A stretch of 64,000 nucleotides of DNA, taken from the NCBI GenBank assembly GCA_951406725.2, contig OX597817.1, positions 81,282,001 to 81,346,000 on the forward strand, read 5' to 3'. Of this stretch, positions 51,179 through 63,363 are shown piece after piece. Within the stretch, counting starts at the first letter, position 1; every line of letters begins with the position of its first letter. Source of the stretch: Octopus vulgaris (taxonomy: Eukaryota). The notes under the pieces were generated by a model. The model saw only the letters and a list, made by a program, of their open reading frames with translations, did not search any database and was not told where the DNA came from. A program made the position numbers and the translations under genes.

Positions 51179-52876
51179 CTTTAAAAAAAAAGATACTTTC
51201 CATTAAATAATTACATTGATTTCATGATATTTCATTAAAAAGAAATGTTGAAAATATCAGCTTGCTGTTTTGTTTTATGTTTTTCTTCTCAGGTAACTAC
51301 TTTGAACAAAATAGATGCATTATTCATATTTTTCTGTATTTAAGATATTGCTTCTGTCTACCACAGCCACCACCATCATCATTATAATGATATGCAGCTG
51401 CAAAGCAATTATGGACTTTGTCATTGATGTTGATGTTTCTTATTACAGTAACAGTATTTTGCTCAAAGTTTGAGCGAGGATTGTAGGACAGGGGTATGTA
51501 TTTTTCCTGTTATTAGCTATAATGCCAGCAGCTTGTCATGTGGTCAGTATCAAGGAAAATATTTTTGTAGTTTCAAGCTTTTATCTCTTATCTACTAATG
51601 TTGTCTTGAGCCTTCATAAATGATATAATGTAAAACACCAACACTAGAGAATTAAATGTGGATATTCAAACTGCTAGATTACCAGACAACCAGTTGAGCT
51701 GGGAAATTGTTCATATCCTGTTATCATAGCTCTGTGTAGTATCTGTGGTTCAAACACTTTGGTGGACTTGGTAATTTGAGAGCTAATTGTAACACAGGCA
51801 AGGAACAACCAATGTTGCTTACAACAACAATGTAAAATCAACAAGCTACTTTGTTGCTCAGGTCTTCAGTTTAATTCCACCCTGAGAATAGATCAGTCCC
51901 CTACTCTCCTACCTAGGGAAACATTTGTCTTGCCTTTATAGCAGTAGACTGCAAAATTTCCAGGTTCTGTTTTCACATGCTCTTGTGACTTGAGCTTTTC
52001 ATTAGCAAGTCAACAATAATTGGACCAGATGTGTTTATTGTAAATACTAGCACTATTTCTCCACACTGACATCTTGATCCTCCATAAACTTATGATGATA
52101 ATCAACCCTGAACCAGTGCACTTAACGGACTGGGTAGGCACACAAACGGCTGGGTACTGGTTTCTGTCTCCATGGTCCAAAGCAGGGCATTTTTTAAAAG
52201 AGATTTTAGCAATTAGCATCAGTATATTCACATATAGAGATAATAAAGATGAATTTTGCTTTTCCTACTATCAATATAGTGTCTCTGTTGAGAACTAAGA
52301 AACAGGTTTTATTAATGGATTTATCAAAGATATCAATACAAAAACAGTTCTGTTTTTTCTGCAAGGGGATGGACTATTGAAGTACAAAGGTGTGTAAATA
52401 ATGATACTGTAACTTTCAGGAATGGCCATGTTGTACTGTTAGTAGTATCTACAGTGATCATGGCATTGCTTGCATTGTACTTTGCCAAGCTGGCAAAGGT
52501 TAGAAAGGAGGTGTAGTGAGATCTTTTATTGACAAAACTGAAGTCAAAATGTAGATATGGTTAATTCTGATGGTTTAGTGACAGCTCAGAGAATGAACTA
52601 TTTGCTTTAATGCTGAGTATCATAATGATAATTAGAATTCTAATGGAATCTTTTTCTTGTCAATGTTGTCCCAATGAGATCAATTTTATTGGTGTTTTTT
52701 AATATACTCTTTTTTTTGTGCTAAAACATTGGGCTTTATACAGTATGAGATATGATGTTTACATCCCTACCACTGATCATGTATTATAGCAAATTATGTT
52801 GAAATTAAATAGTGTAGAACATTCTGTTTATATTATATTATATTGTAAATAACTAAAATGATATATGATGTGTATG

Positions 52877-52914
<38 letters not shown>

Positions 52915-52971
52915 AATGAAATTGTATATAATGTGTGTATATACACATGCACACACACATGCATATATAGA

Positions 52972-53168
52972 CAAAGGGTACTGAAAAGTTCCTAGCTTGA
53001 AGGGTATCGCGAAAGGCCTGGTTAGAGGCCCATCTTTCACCAGACTTAGAAAAACTGAATGACCACTGCAATAAGTAATCTGAGAGGGGAATATGTTGAA
53101 TAAAATCATAATTAACTGATCCCCTGTATTTTTTTTACCCAAATCCAGGAACTTTTCAGCATCCCTTG
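52972..53168 (+). mobile_element. mariner-derived MITE (partial copies near 6738-6830 and 7480-7600)
   Basis: TIRs ..ctgaaaagttcct..aggaacttttcag..; internal GEYVE* matches a mariner transposase C-terminus. Confidence 0.7.
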
Positions 53169-53317
53169 TGTGCGTGTGTATATATATATATGTCGCTACA
53201 TACTTGTTTCTTGCATGAATCTTGCTAATCTGGTAACTGTTTATTGAATTTTCCGTGTTAACTGTAAACAAAGGATAATTCATTCATCCATTTATATCTA
53301 TCTATCTATCTACATAT

Positions 53318-53380
<63 letters not shown>

Positions 53381-53474
53381 TGTCTGACTGAAGATTGAAG
53401 GCTTCGAATGATTTGTCTGTGTTCCGTGTTTGTCCCTTCCTATATTTCACGTTCTTTATATATAAAATATTTAT

Positions 53475-53510
<36 letters not shown>

Positions 53511-53513
<3 letters not shown>

Positions 53514-54023
53514 GCAGTATCGCCCGGCGTTGCTCGGGTTTGTAAGGGAAATAACTATATAAGCATTTTTAGAGAGTTACTTCCCTTATAGATGCCAATT
53601 CGGACTTTCTTAGCCATTTCTGTTTTGGTGTCTTCAAGCCATGAAGTCGTTGTTCTAAAAGAACGCTGGTCTCCTTGACAACGCTTTACGACGTTGATTT
53701 CCTTACACTCCCTTCCCCACAGCTTCACGAGGGAGGTAAGAAGGGGGAGAAGCAAACAGGTGCAGGTGTGACCATGGACACCAACTCCGCCACCATCGAC
53801 ACACGAAAAATTATGCATTAAAATGGAATAAAAAATGATGTTAAATTATTTTTAAAATCGTAGACTCATCATAGACGCGCGCTAATACTCAGACGGGCTC
53901 GATATGAATCATGACTCTAAGATACCCGCTTTTGGTTAAACAGCACCGCAAAATGTGGGAGTAGTTAGGAATCTAAATCGAAGGGGACAGACACTCACAC
54001 AACTACAGTTTTATATATATAGA
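53511..54023 (-). mobile_element. Non-autonomous Helitron, 513 bp
   Basis: Minus strand: A|TCTATATATA... 3' hairpin cccgagcaacgccggg, then CTAA|T. This fits the canonical TC...CTRR ends in an AT target. Confidence 0.88.
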
Positions 54024-54065
54024 TATTATGAATACAAGAAGATGGAATGAACAGGCTTTATTCCA

Positions 54066-54138
54066 AATCACTACAATTGTTTTCGCGCATCAGAATCAGC
54101 TAGTAATTGCTGAAATGTAGTGCACTCATCTAGTGATT
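54066..54138 (-). ncRNA. Degenerate hammerhead-like motif
   Basis: aatcac-tagatga-gtgca..tgcgc-gaaa-acaattgt-A-gtgatt: 6-bp stem I, stem II and palindromic stem III present; core is mutated. Confidence 0.45.
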
Positions 54139-54790
54139 CTGAGTTCAATCCCAGAGAAAGTACTAAGGTGACTCAGAAGATAGCTGAAAAAGGCTGGAGT
54201 ACACACAGCCAAAACATAATGTACTCTACTATTTTAACTCCAGCTGTCTTCCTACAATGAGTATCACTCTCCTACCAACACACTTTACTCATAAAACACT
54301 GGTATATATCTCTATGGCCCAAATCAGGGTTTGCATATTTTAGCAATTAATTTAGCACCAGTTTATTCACAAGTATAGATAATTTCTTTCTATGAATAAT
54401 CATAACCTAGAATCTCTGTTAAGATATAACTAATCTATATGTAGGCTGATTGTTATATTTTTGTTATATATACAACTTATACAAATGTATATAGATATAT
54501 GTATCTTAGTGTGTATGTCAACCTTTTCCTTGTAAAAATAATGATACTCTACTGAAAATTATTGAGTGATGCTACAATTAAATGTTAAACTGTTTTTATA
54601 TAACTTAACATAAAGACAAACAGTAATACATGTGTGCGTGTGTGATTGTATGTATGTATGGGAAAAGCATTCAGCTTTAAAAAGCATACCAAAGCAGATG
54701 TTGAAACAGCCTTCTAACTAATTAAATTCTGTCAAACTGTTTAACCTATGTCAGCATTGAAAACGCATTAGAGGATGATGATGATTGTGA

Positions 54791-54830
<40 letters not shown>

Positions 54831-56268
54831 AAAGTCTGAGAAACCTTTATCAGATACATCAAAATCATGATTTCTGATTTAAACAGTTATCTTCATTCTT
54901 AACTCCTCCTCATCATCATCATCATTCTCGTTTCAACTCAAACTTGCCTTACAAATAAGGTCTAACCACATGCAAATATTGGATATATATATACCTAAGT
55001 ACTACTCACAAGCAAGCATGATCTACTGGCTTGTATTATGCATTTGCTAATTGGTTTAGATGTTTATGTAGTTGTGGATAGACAGAGACATCTCAGGGCC
55101 TTCCCATCCTTGACCTAGCAGAACATTGTGTGTGACAGCTAGAGAGAGAGAGAGAACATTAGGCTGGTACTCATAGCCGAGTTGACTGGAAGAACATGAA
55201 ATGAAGTGCATTGCTCAAGGACATACCATGCCACCCTGTCCAGAAATGGAACCCACAACCTTTTGATCATGATTCTTAATACTTTAACCACGAGGCCATG
55301 TTTCTTTTGCTTGGTTGTAAACAAGTACTACTATAACATTATCATTATTATTTAACATCCGTTGTCCATGCTTGCATGGGTTAGGTGGTTTGACCAAAGC
55401 TGGGGAGCTGCACCAGACCCCAGTCTGATTTGGCATGGTTTCTATGACTAGATGCCTATCCTAATGCCAACCATTTTACAGAGTGTGCTGAGTTCTTTTA
55501 TGTGGCATCACACAAGCTCTTTTACATGGTACTGCACTGGTGCTTTTACATGTCATCCCATGGACACTTTTATGTGGTACTGCCATGTGTGCTTTATTCT
55601 ACCAGAAGGACCAATCTTAATACTTCTGCTGTGGGGTATGGGTCTTCTTGAGTATGGCAAGGTGCCCAGTATCTCAGTCCTTTGTCATCTCACTTGAAAG
55701 GTTCAGCGTCCTGAGGTCATTCTTCAGTACTTCATCCCATGTCTTCCTGGGTCTCCCACTTCCACGTGTTCTATCCACCAGCTATAAAATCACCAGCTTT
55801 CTTAATTAATAAAACGTTAATAGTTAATTAGTGTAAATAATCATTTTGCATTGTCATTGTTCCAGTTAAACACATTCTAAATAACTGCCATCCATTTCTT
55901 TATTTTAATATTAGGTCAGACATAGTTTAAAGACAGTCATTTCATCAGCGGCTATTATTGATACTTGAACCTATAATCAATGCAAAGACTCCTTTGATGA
56001 GCTGAAACCATGCCCTAACAAACACAGCAGTCACATCACCATTTGGGGCATGGAGATGGACTGATGGTAACATAAATAGAAGTTTCTGGAGAACATTGAA
56101 TGCTTAAACTTACAAAAAGTGTGTGTTGTGAATTTAGGAAAGCAGTGACATATTTGCACTCATTCAAGAATGTGAACAAAGTAATTTTCTTAAATATTAT
56201 TTGTTAAATACATCCAAATGATAAACATCTTCACATTGCTGGCACTAAGTTTCACAGTTGCTAAAAAT

Positions 56269-56640
56269 GCAGGAGTGGCTGTGTGGTAAGTAGCTTGCTT
56301 ACCAACCACATGGTTCCGGGTTCATTCCCACTGCGTGGCACCTTGGGCAAATGTCTTCTACTATAGCCTCGGGCCGACCAAAGCCTTGTGAGTGAACTTG
56401 GTAGATGGAAACTGAAAGAAGCCTGTCGTATATATGTATATATGTGTGTGTTTGTCCCCCTAACATCGCTTGACAACCGATGGTGGTGTGTTTACGTCCC
56501 TGTAACTTGGCGGTTCAGCAAAAGAAAACGATAGAATAAGTACTAGGCTTACAAAGAATAAGTTATTGGGTTGATTTGCTCAACTAAAGGCGATGCTTCA
56601 GCATGGCCACAGTCAAATGACTGAAACAAGTAAAAGAGTA
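56269..56640 (+). mobile_element. tRNA-derived SINE, full length
   Basis: gcaggagtggctgtgtggtaag...gggttcattcc head; tail ends ctgaaacaagtaaaagagta. Confidence 0.88.
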
Positions 56641-57092
56641 TATTGATACCTGAAAAACAGATCTTCGTGTAGAGTTTTATATTTTTACAATCTCCGGTAA
56701 AGTCACACAGCATTTTGTATTATACTACAACAGTGTTCTTTGTTCATAGAAAAGTACCATAGAATGCAAATAGAAGGAATACACAATGTAGTGTAAGAAA
56801 CAGTTGCAAAACTTAGATAAAAATTCATTGTAGACTGGTGCTTGGCTGTGGATCTTTGATGTCGTTTGTTTGCTGACATCATCCGTAGATGGGTTAATTT
56901 TTAAGAAATTGAACCTATGAGATTTCAACTTGACTACTTACTATTGCTGCCGGGAGCTGGTGTGCCAATCATCGTAATGTTAATCAGTGGTAAATTGACG
57001 ATGACCCGTATATGTATTACTAGTAACTTGTAATATTAGTGGCGCTTGAAAGCATGAACCATGCAGGCTAGTTGAGTAAAATATATATATAT

Positions 57093-57433
57093 AATATAAA
57101 TTATAGTGCTGTAAAGCACCAGCTTCACTAGAAATAGGAGTCAAATGAACCCCTAAACCACATAGAGATCACTAAAACAAGCATGGTGAAATGTGGACAT
57201 TGAATAAAAATTATAGGTCTTACCTCCATGAAAGTGCCCCCTGGCGCAAATCCAGAAATCGATTCTAAGTTATCTGCCATTCTTTTTGCGATCTTTGCGG
57301 AGGTAAGACCCATAATTTTTATTTGCCACCTGTCTTTCACCATTCTTGTTTTAAGTGAGCTCTATGTGGTTTAGGAGTTCATTTGACTCCTATTTCTAGT
57401 GAAGCTGGTGCATTACAGCATTGTAATTATATT
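57093..57433. mobile_element. Foldback/MITE element with about 140-bp inverted arms
   Basis: 57093-57233 is the reverse complement of 57293-57433 with few mismatches; (TA)n on both sides. Confidence 0.85.
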
Positions 57434-57440
57434 TAAATAA

Positions 57441-57487
<47 letters not shown>

Positions 57488-57504
57488 TATATATATATAT
57501 ATAT

Positions 57505-59262
57505 CTTGGTAAAAACGGTAAGATAACAAAAGAAAGAAAGAGACCTCAATATTATGTAAATAGAGGAAATTTATCTATAAAATAATATGTTACAATTACT
57601 CAATAGTAAGAGAATTTCTAGCCTCTTCTCTGATAAGGACATTTTTAATAGCGTTGCCCCAGTTTATAATAAGGCTTTAAAAGATAGTGGTTTTAGCGAA
57701 AAAATAAAATATGCACCTGTTACTAGCCCAACAGTAAAGAAGAAAAATAGAAATAGGAAGATCATCTGGTTTACACCCCCTTACTCACCCGAGGTGACCT
57801 TCAATATAGGTAAATATTTCTTAACACTGATAGACATTTTCCAGTTAACCATACTTATAGGAAACTCTTCAATAAACACAATTTAGAAATTAATTTTAAT
57901 TCAACTACCAATTTTAAAAATATAATCACACATAACACAAAAACCATAACAAGAAAACAGCTGTTCATGCAGGAATAAAAAATTGTGCCCGCTAAATGGA
58001 GCTTGCATGTCCGAGACCATTATCTATGAAGCTACCGTGGACTCTATAACCACTAAAGACACCGTTTCGATGAAGAAATACATGGGCCTTACAGAGGGTA
58101 ATTTCAAGGCCAGGTTCAATAACCACACCTTGAGTTTTAGGCACTGGAACAAAAGAAAAGCGACAAAATTATCTAATCATATTTGGTCTTTAAAAGATAA
58201 AGGTGTCGATTATAACATCCGTTGGAAGATTTTGGCCAAATGTAAGCCCTACACCAACGGCAGCGGAAAGTGGTCTATGCGACATGGAGAGATGGCTTAT
58301 CTGGAAAAGCAGCTTAGACCCTACTACATGTCTAAACTCAAGGACAGAACTTTTCGGATCATGCCCATATGTGACAAAATTTTTGTTACGTTTTTGGTTC
58401 CCTAAAGAAAACAGATAGAACTTGCTTTCTATATTATGTCCCAAAAAGTTTTTTATCTCATTATACCTTTTATTATTTCATATATTTTAATATTTTCACA
58501 CACAATAATTTTTTCTGTACTCTTCTATCCTGCATTTTTTCCTGTGCCTATATAGACGTGTATATAGATTCATTTGTACACGTGTGTGAATATGTATGAG
58601 TGGGCAGTTTTAGATGTGTGCGAGCATAAGAATGCATATATATATAGACATTTTTACTTAGTATTTTTACAATTTTTTAAGGTTTATTTTTTTTGGGGGG
58701 GGGGGCATATGTATATTCATTTTTTGTGTATGCGTATATAAACATGTGCGGGTATGTACATATATGGGCGTGTGCGTGTATGAATGCATAAGGGCATGTC
58801 CGTATATGAACGTGGTTTTTATGCTTTGTATACTTCCTTATGTTTTTTTTCTGTTACAACCATGGTTTTTCTTGTGCTTGTGCGTATATAGATGTATGTA
58901 TGAACTTTTACGGTACGCGCGCGTGTGTGTATGAGTTTGTATATATATGCGTATACATTTGGCAAAAAATGCGAGTGAAGATGTGTACGTTTTCATAGTG
59001 ACGTATAAGTACGCACGTGGCTCCGCGAGCGCACATGTGAGTGTATGACTAGCCATGTTTACGTGTTTACTATGAACTTTTAATCTTATTTTATATAAGT
59101 AGCAGAATTATAACACAGTAATTTCCCTTTATATAACGGTATTTTTTCATAGCATTTTTCAGATGGCCAGATAACCGAAGAGATGGTGTTGTGGATTTCC
59201 ACTTCGGCATCTGAAACTCAGAGTTTTATCTTGACTATTGAGTAATTGTAACATATTATTTT
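57505..59262 (+). mobile_element. 5'-truncated Penelope-like element with GIY-YIG endonuclease and inverted terminal segment
   Basis: ORFs 57587..57886 and 57983..58418 read IIWFTPPYS..NIGKYFL, CPLNGAC..IIYEATV..YMGLTE..FKARFNNH..LSNHIW..LNSRTEL with frameshifts. 57578-57606 is the inverted copy of 59234-59262. Both ends abut (TA)n. Confidence 0.88.
59169..59231 (+). ncRNA. Type I hammerhead-ribozyme-like motif in the Penelope 3' terminal region
   Basis: agataa-CCGAAGA-gatg..gtgg/ccac..catc-t-GAA-act cag agt-T-ttatct: perfect 6-bp stem I, same strand and downstream of the PLE ORF. Confidence 0.6.
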
Positions 59263-59289
59263 ATATATATATATATATATATACATTTT

Positions 59290-59331
<42 letters not shown>

Positions 59332-59840
59332 CTATTTTCTTTCTAAACTGCACAAAGCCAGTCATCCTGGTTACCTTATCTTTTCTACCTGCTGTCACCC
59401 CACTGATTTCAGGAAAAAAGATAAAGAACAACACATAGGCCCCCAATAACAGCTGGGATATCAGTTTCATATATAGAACAATTTTAGTACAAGATACCCC
59501 AGCAGCAGCACTTTAATAAGCCACAACTAATCAAGACTATCAAGTACCCTATCTGAATATTTATAGTTTGTCTCAGTCACAACATTCATGAAAACAGGAT
59601 GAGATATACACAAACTATCACAGTTTGCACTCTACAAAAGAATAGTACATAAATATGAGCAATACAATTTCATGTCATTTCTCTAGTCTGTTGATTGTGT
59701 GTAGGCTATGTTTAAATATTCATTCAACTTCTTCCACTGCATGACATCTTGGGCAAGTGTCTTCTGCCATTGCCTCAAGCTAACCAAAAGCCTTGTGAGT
59801 GAATTAGGTTGACGGAAACTGAAAGAAGCCCATTATATAT

Positions 59841-59872
<32 letters not shown>

Positions 59873-60102
59873 GTGTGTGTATATGTATTTATTTATGTAC
59901 ATGTCTGTTTGTCCCTACCACTATCACTTGACAACCAATGCCAGTGTCTTTATGTCCCTGTAACTTAGTGGTTCAGCAAAAGAGACTGATAAAATAAGTA
60001 CTTGTCCTACAAAAAATAAGTCCTGGAGTCAATTTCCTTGACTATAACCCTTTAAGGCAGTGCTCCGGTGTGGCCACAGTCAAATGACTGAAACAAGTAA
60101 AA

Positions 60103-60142
<40 letters not shown>

Positions 60143-60744
60143 CGTGGCACTTTGGGTAGGTGTCTTCCACTATAGCCCCGAGCCGACCGAAGCTTTGTGA
60201 TTGAATTCGGTTGGTGGAAGTTACTGCTGTGTGTGTATGTGTGCGTATAGCTGCTCAGTGCCTCTCCGAAAGAGAGAGAAGGATATATATATATATTATC
60301 ATTGTTGTCATCATCATTGCATCCATTTTTCCATGTTTTCATGGGTCGGATGGAATTTGTTGACACAGATGTTTTATGGTTGGATGCTCTTCCTGTCACT
60401 AACCTACAATTATTTTTGAGCAGTTTCCAGACTGATAGCAAATGAACATCACTGTCATACAAATGATGTTATTCATTTCTAGCCTTCCTTGAAAAACATG
60501 TCAGGCCATGGGGAAATATTACCTTGTCTGGAAACAAATGCTCAAGTGCACTACATTTTGTCAGAAAAGGTTAAAAGAAGGTAGAGAAAGCAATCATAAG
60601 TCAAGTAAGAAAAGTTAACAATGATAGCAAGAAGCACTTACACAGTGTGCGGAATAAAACACAATAAGATAAATAAATGAACAGTAAAGGACCATAAGAA
60701 AGGAAAGACTGTATGGGTACATTAGAAGTAGTTGTAGCAAAATA

Positions 60745-61208
60745 TGAGAAGCATGAAATGTTTGGAGGATGCAGTGAACAGACAGCTAACAACCGACATG
60801 GTTAGTTTATCCCATGCTTCAATAAGGGAAATATATTTTGTGTCTGGAGTAATGGTTATATGCTGTTTCTTCATCTTATAAGCATGTCCATGTGTGGAAA
60901 TACTGGATTAAAAAATGTGGTTAAAGTTGTTGGATAAATATCATCAAACCCATGTTAGCAAATCATCCAACCCATGTTAGCATGGAAAGCGGACGTTAAA
61001 CGATGATGATGATGATGATGTTCCTACGAAGTTTGGCAAAATGAGAAGCATGAAATTTTCGAAGGATGTAGCTAATAACTGACATGGCTAGTTTATCCCA
61101 TGCTTCAACAATAAAAAAGATGTTTGTGTATGGAGTTTTTTGATCTTATAATCATGTCCATGTGTAGAGATACTGAATTAAAAAATGTGGTTAAAGTTAT
61201 TGGATAAA
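60745..61208. repeat. Diverged direct duplication (about 170-190 bp) of a LINE-tail remnant, separated by an RTE-type tail
   Basis: gagaagcatgaaat...aaatgtggttaaagtt.ttggataaa occurs at about 60745-60940 and 61042-61208. Confidence 0.7.
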
Positions 61209-62686
61209 CTTGTGGATTTTTCCCATGGCAGCTGCTAGACACTGAAACTTTTGTGTGCTTATGCTCAGTGATGCAGGACATTCAAGATATGGCAAGTGAC
61301 TGACTAAGGGCTTTTGTCTGGTTGCACATCTTTTGACAGCAACTAGTAGATTGGTATTCTGGACAAGATGGAGGTCCTAGGCTGAAGAGGCAGACTGTTA
61401 AATGTGGATGTACCATAGATATATATAGTTTTATATAAATAACTAATAAATGGAACAAAGGTCTTACTGAGTGATGCTAAGACATCTCTGTTCTTTTAGA
61501 CCACATTACATATCATCATCATCATCATCTTTTAATGTCCACTCTCCATGCTGGCATTGGTTGGACACTTTGAAAGAAGTTGGTCAGCTGGAGACTGTCC
61601 TGGCTCTATTTGTCTGTTTTGTCATGGCTTCTGTGGCTGGATGCCCTTCCTAATGTCAACAACTCTACAGAGTGTACTGGGTGCTTTTTACATGGTACTG
61701 GCATGGGTGGTTTTACCACCCAGTACACTGTAAAGTGGTTGGCATTAGGAAGGGCACCCAGCTGTAGAAACTACATCGTAATGTGTTAATTTCTAAGAAA
61801 GTAAGCCATGATTAGAGAAAGATTTGGCTGTTATTTCTAGCAAGTCGAGTGACCACATAAATGCCTCCTTGGTTGGCTCATTTTGAATTGGTGGGTAAAG
61901 TTGATGGAGAGGTTATAAGACTAATGCCTTAATGTTGAATTGGTTGTCTCATGAGAAAAGTGCAGTTTTTTTATATTTTAAAATTCATTTTGACTCTAGA
62001 GATACCATTATATTTTTTGTACTTCATTTCACTCTCATCTAAGTCCTTTAATTCACTTACTTGACTGCTGTGCTTCTTGTCATCTCTTCTGTATCTTATC
62101 ATATCAAATTCTATACCAAAACACTTTGTCAAACCCTTTATTCTGAGAGCTAATCATTAATCTTATCAACTCCACCAATCTGAGAGAGTGTATTATAGCT
62201 ACAGACACCCAGGTACCACCATATTTCCTATATATATATATATATTTGTGTGTGTGTATACACATATATATGTGTATATGTATATATATATATATGTGTG
62301 TGTGTGTATATATTTATTAAAATGGCGCATGAGATGTCTACCTGCTAGAAATAGGAGGTAGGTGCCTTGTGTGCTCTTTTGACAGTTACAAATTTTAATT
62401 CTATAGCTATCTAACACTATTTAATGCCTGCAACCACCGTTATTATTGCTGTTATTATTATCAATTATTTATATTTACCGCAGTTGATAATAACAATAAT
62501 AATAATATCTATATAAATATTCACATTTGAATATTTATTCTTTATGTATATATCTATATCTATCTATCTATCTAACTAAGACATTTGAAATTAACCCCAA
62601 TGTAATCGGTGAAACTAAACACGTGTCTGTTTTTATATACGGAAAACTGGTGGTTAGTTTTACAAATTACATTACCTGTGGAACGA

Positions 62687-62762
62687 TCACACTGACAAGT
62701 CTACGGACAATTGGATTATATAAGTGATTCATTTGTTAATAGACGAAACCGCTGTTCTGTGA
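62687..62762 (+). ncRNA. Degenerate hammerhead-like motif
   Basis: tcaca-CTGACAA-gtcta..tagac-GAAA-ccgctgtt-C-tgtga: perfect 5-bp stems I and II; G8 mutated. Confidence 0.45.
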
Positions 62763-62954
62763 GTAATTCTGATTTTTTTATATAATTTTCATCTGTCTTG
62801 CCCGCATAGTGCTCTGGTGTCCGCTGAATTTTCCTCTAGAGAACATTCTTTTCTTTGTAGTTTGATCGTAGGTGATCTACTTCTAGCATACGGCTGACCA
62901 CCTAGTGGTTTTGCACTTTAAATATACACATGTATATGTATATATATATATATA

Positions 62955-63352
62955 TACTCTTTTACTTGTTTCAGTCATTTGACTGCGGCCATGCTGGAGC
63001 ACCGCCTTTAGTCGAGCAAATCGACCCCGGGACTTATTCTTTGTAAGCCCAGTACTTATTCATCGGTCTCTTTTGCCGAACCGCTAAGTGACGGGGACGT
63101 AAACACACCAGCATCGGTTGTCAAGCAATGCTAGGGGACACACACAAACACACACACACACACATACACACACACACACATATATATATACACACGACAG
63201 GCTTCTTTCAGTTTCCATCTACCAAATCCACTCACAAGGCATTGGTCGGCCCGGGGCTATAGCAGAAGACACTTGCCCAAGATGCCACGCAGTGGGACTG
63301 AACCTGGAACCATGTGGTTGGTTAGCAAACTACTTACCACACAGCCACGCCT
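62955..63352 (-). mobile_element. tRNA-derived SINE, young copy
   Basis: Nearly identical to 29562-29972; retains CpGs. Confidence 0.88.
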
Positions 63353-63363
63353 ATATATATTTA

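Noticed and set aside
51179-51192. A9 tract as the fossil poly(A) tail of a USP34 retrocopy
   Set aside because: Too close to the AATAAA, A-runs are everywhere here, and I could not identify target-site duplications.
53380-53430. ctgaaga...cgaa as another hammerhead
   Set aside because: No GAAA with closing stems; pairing is unconvincing.
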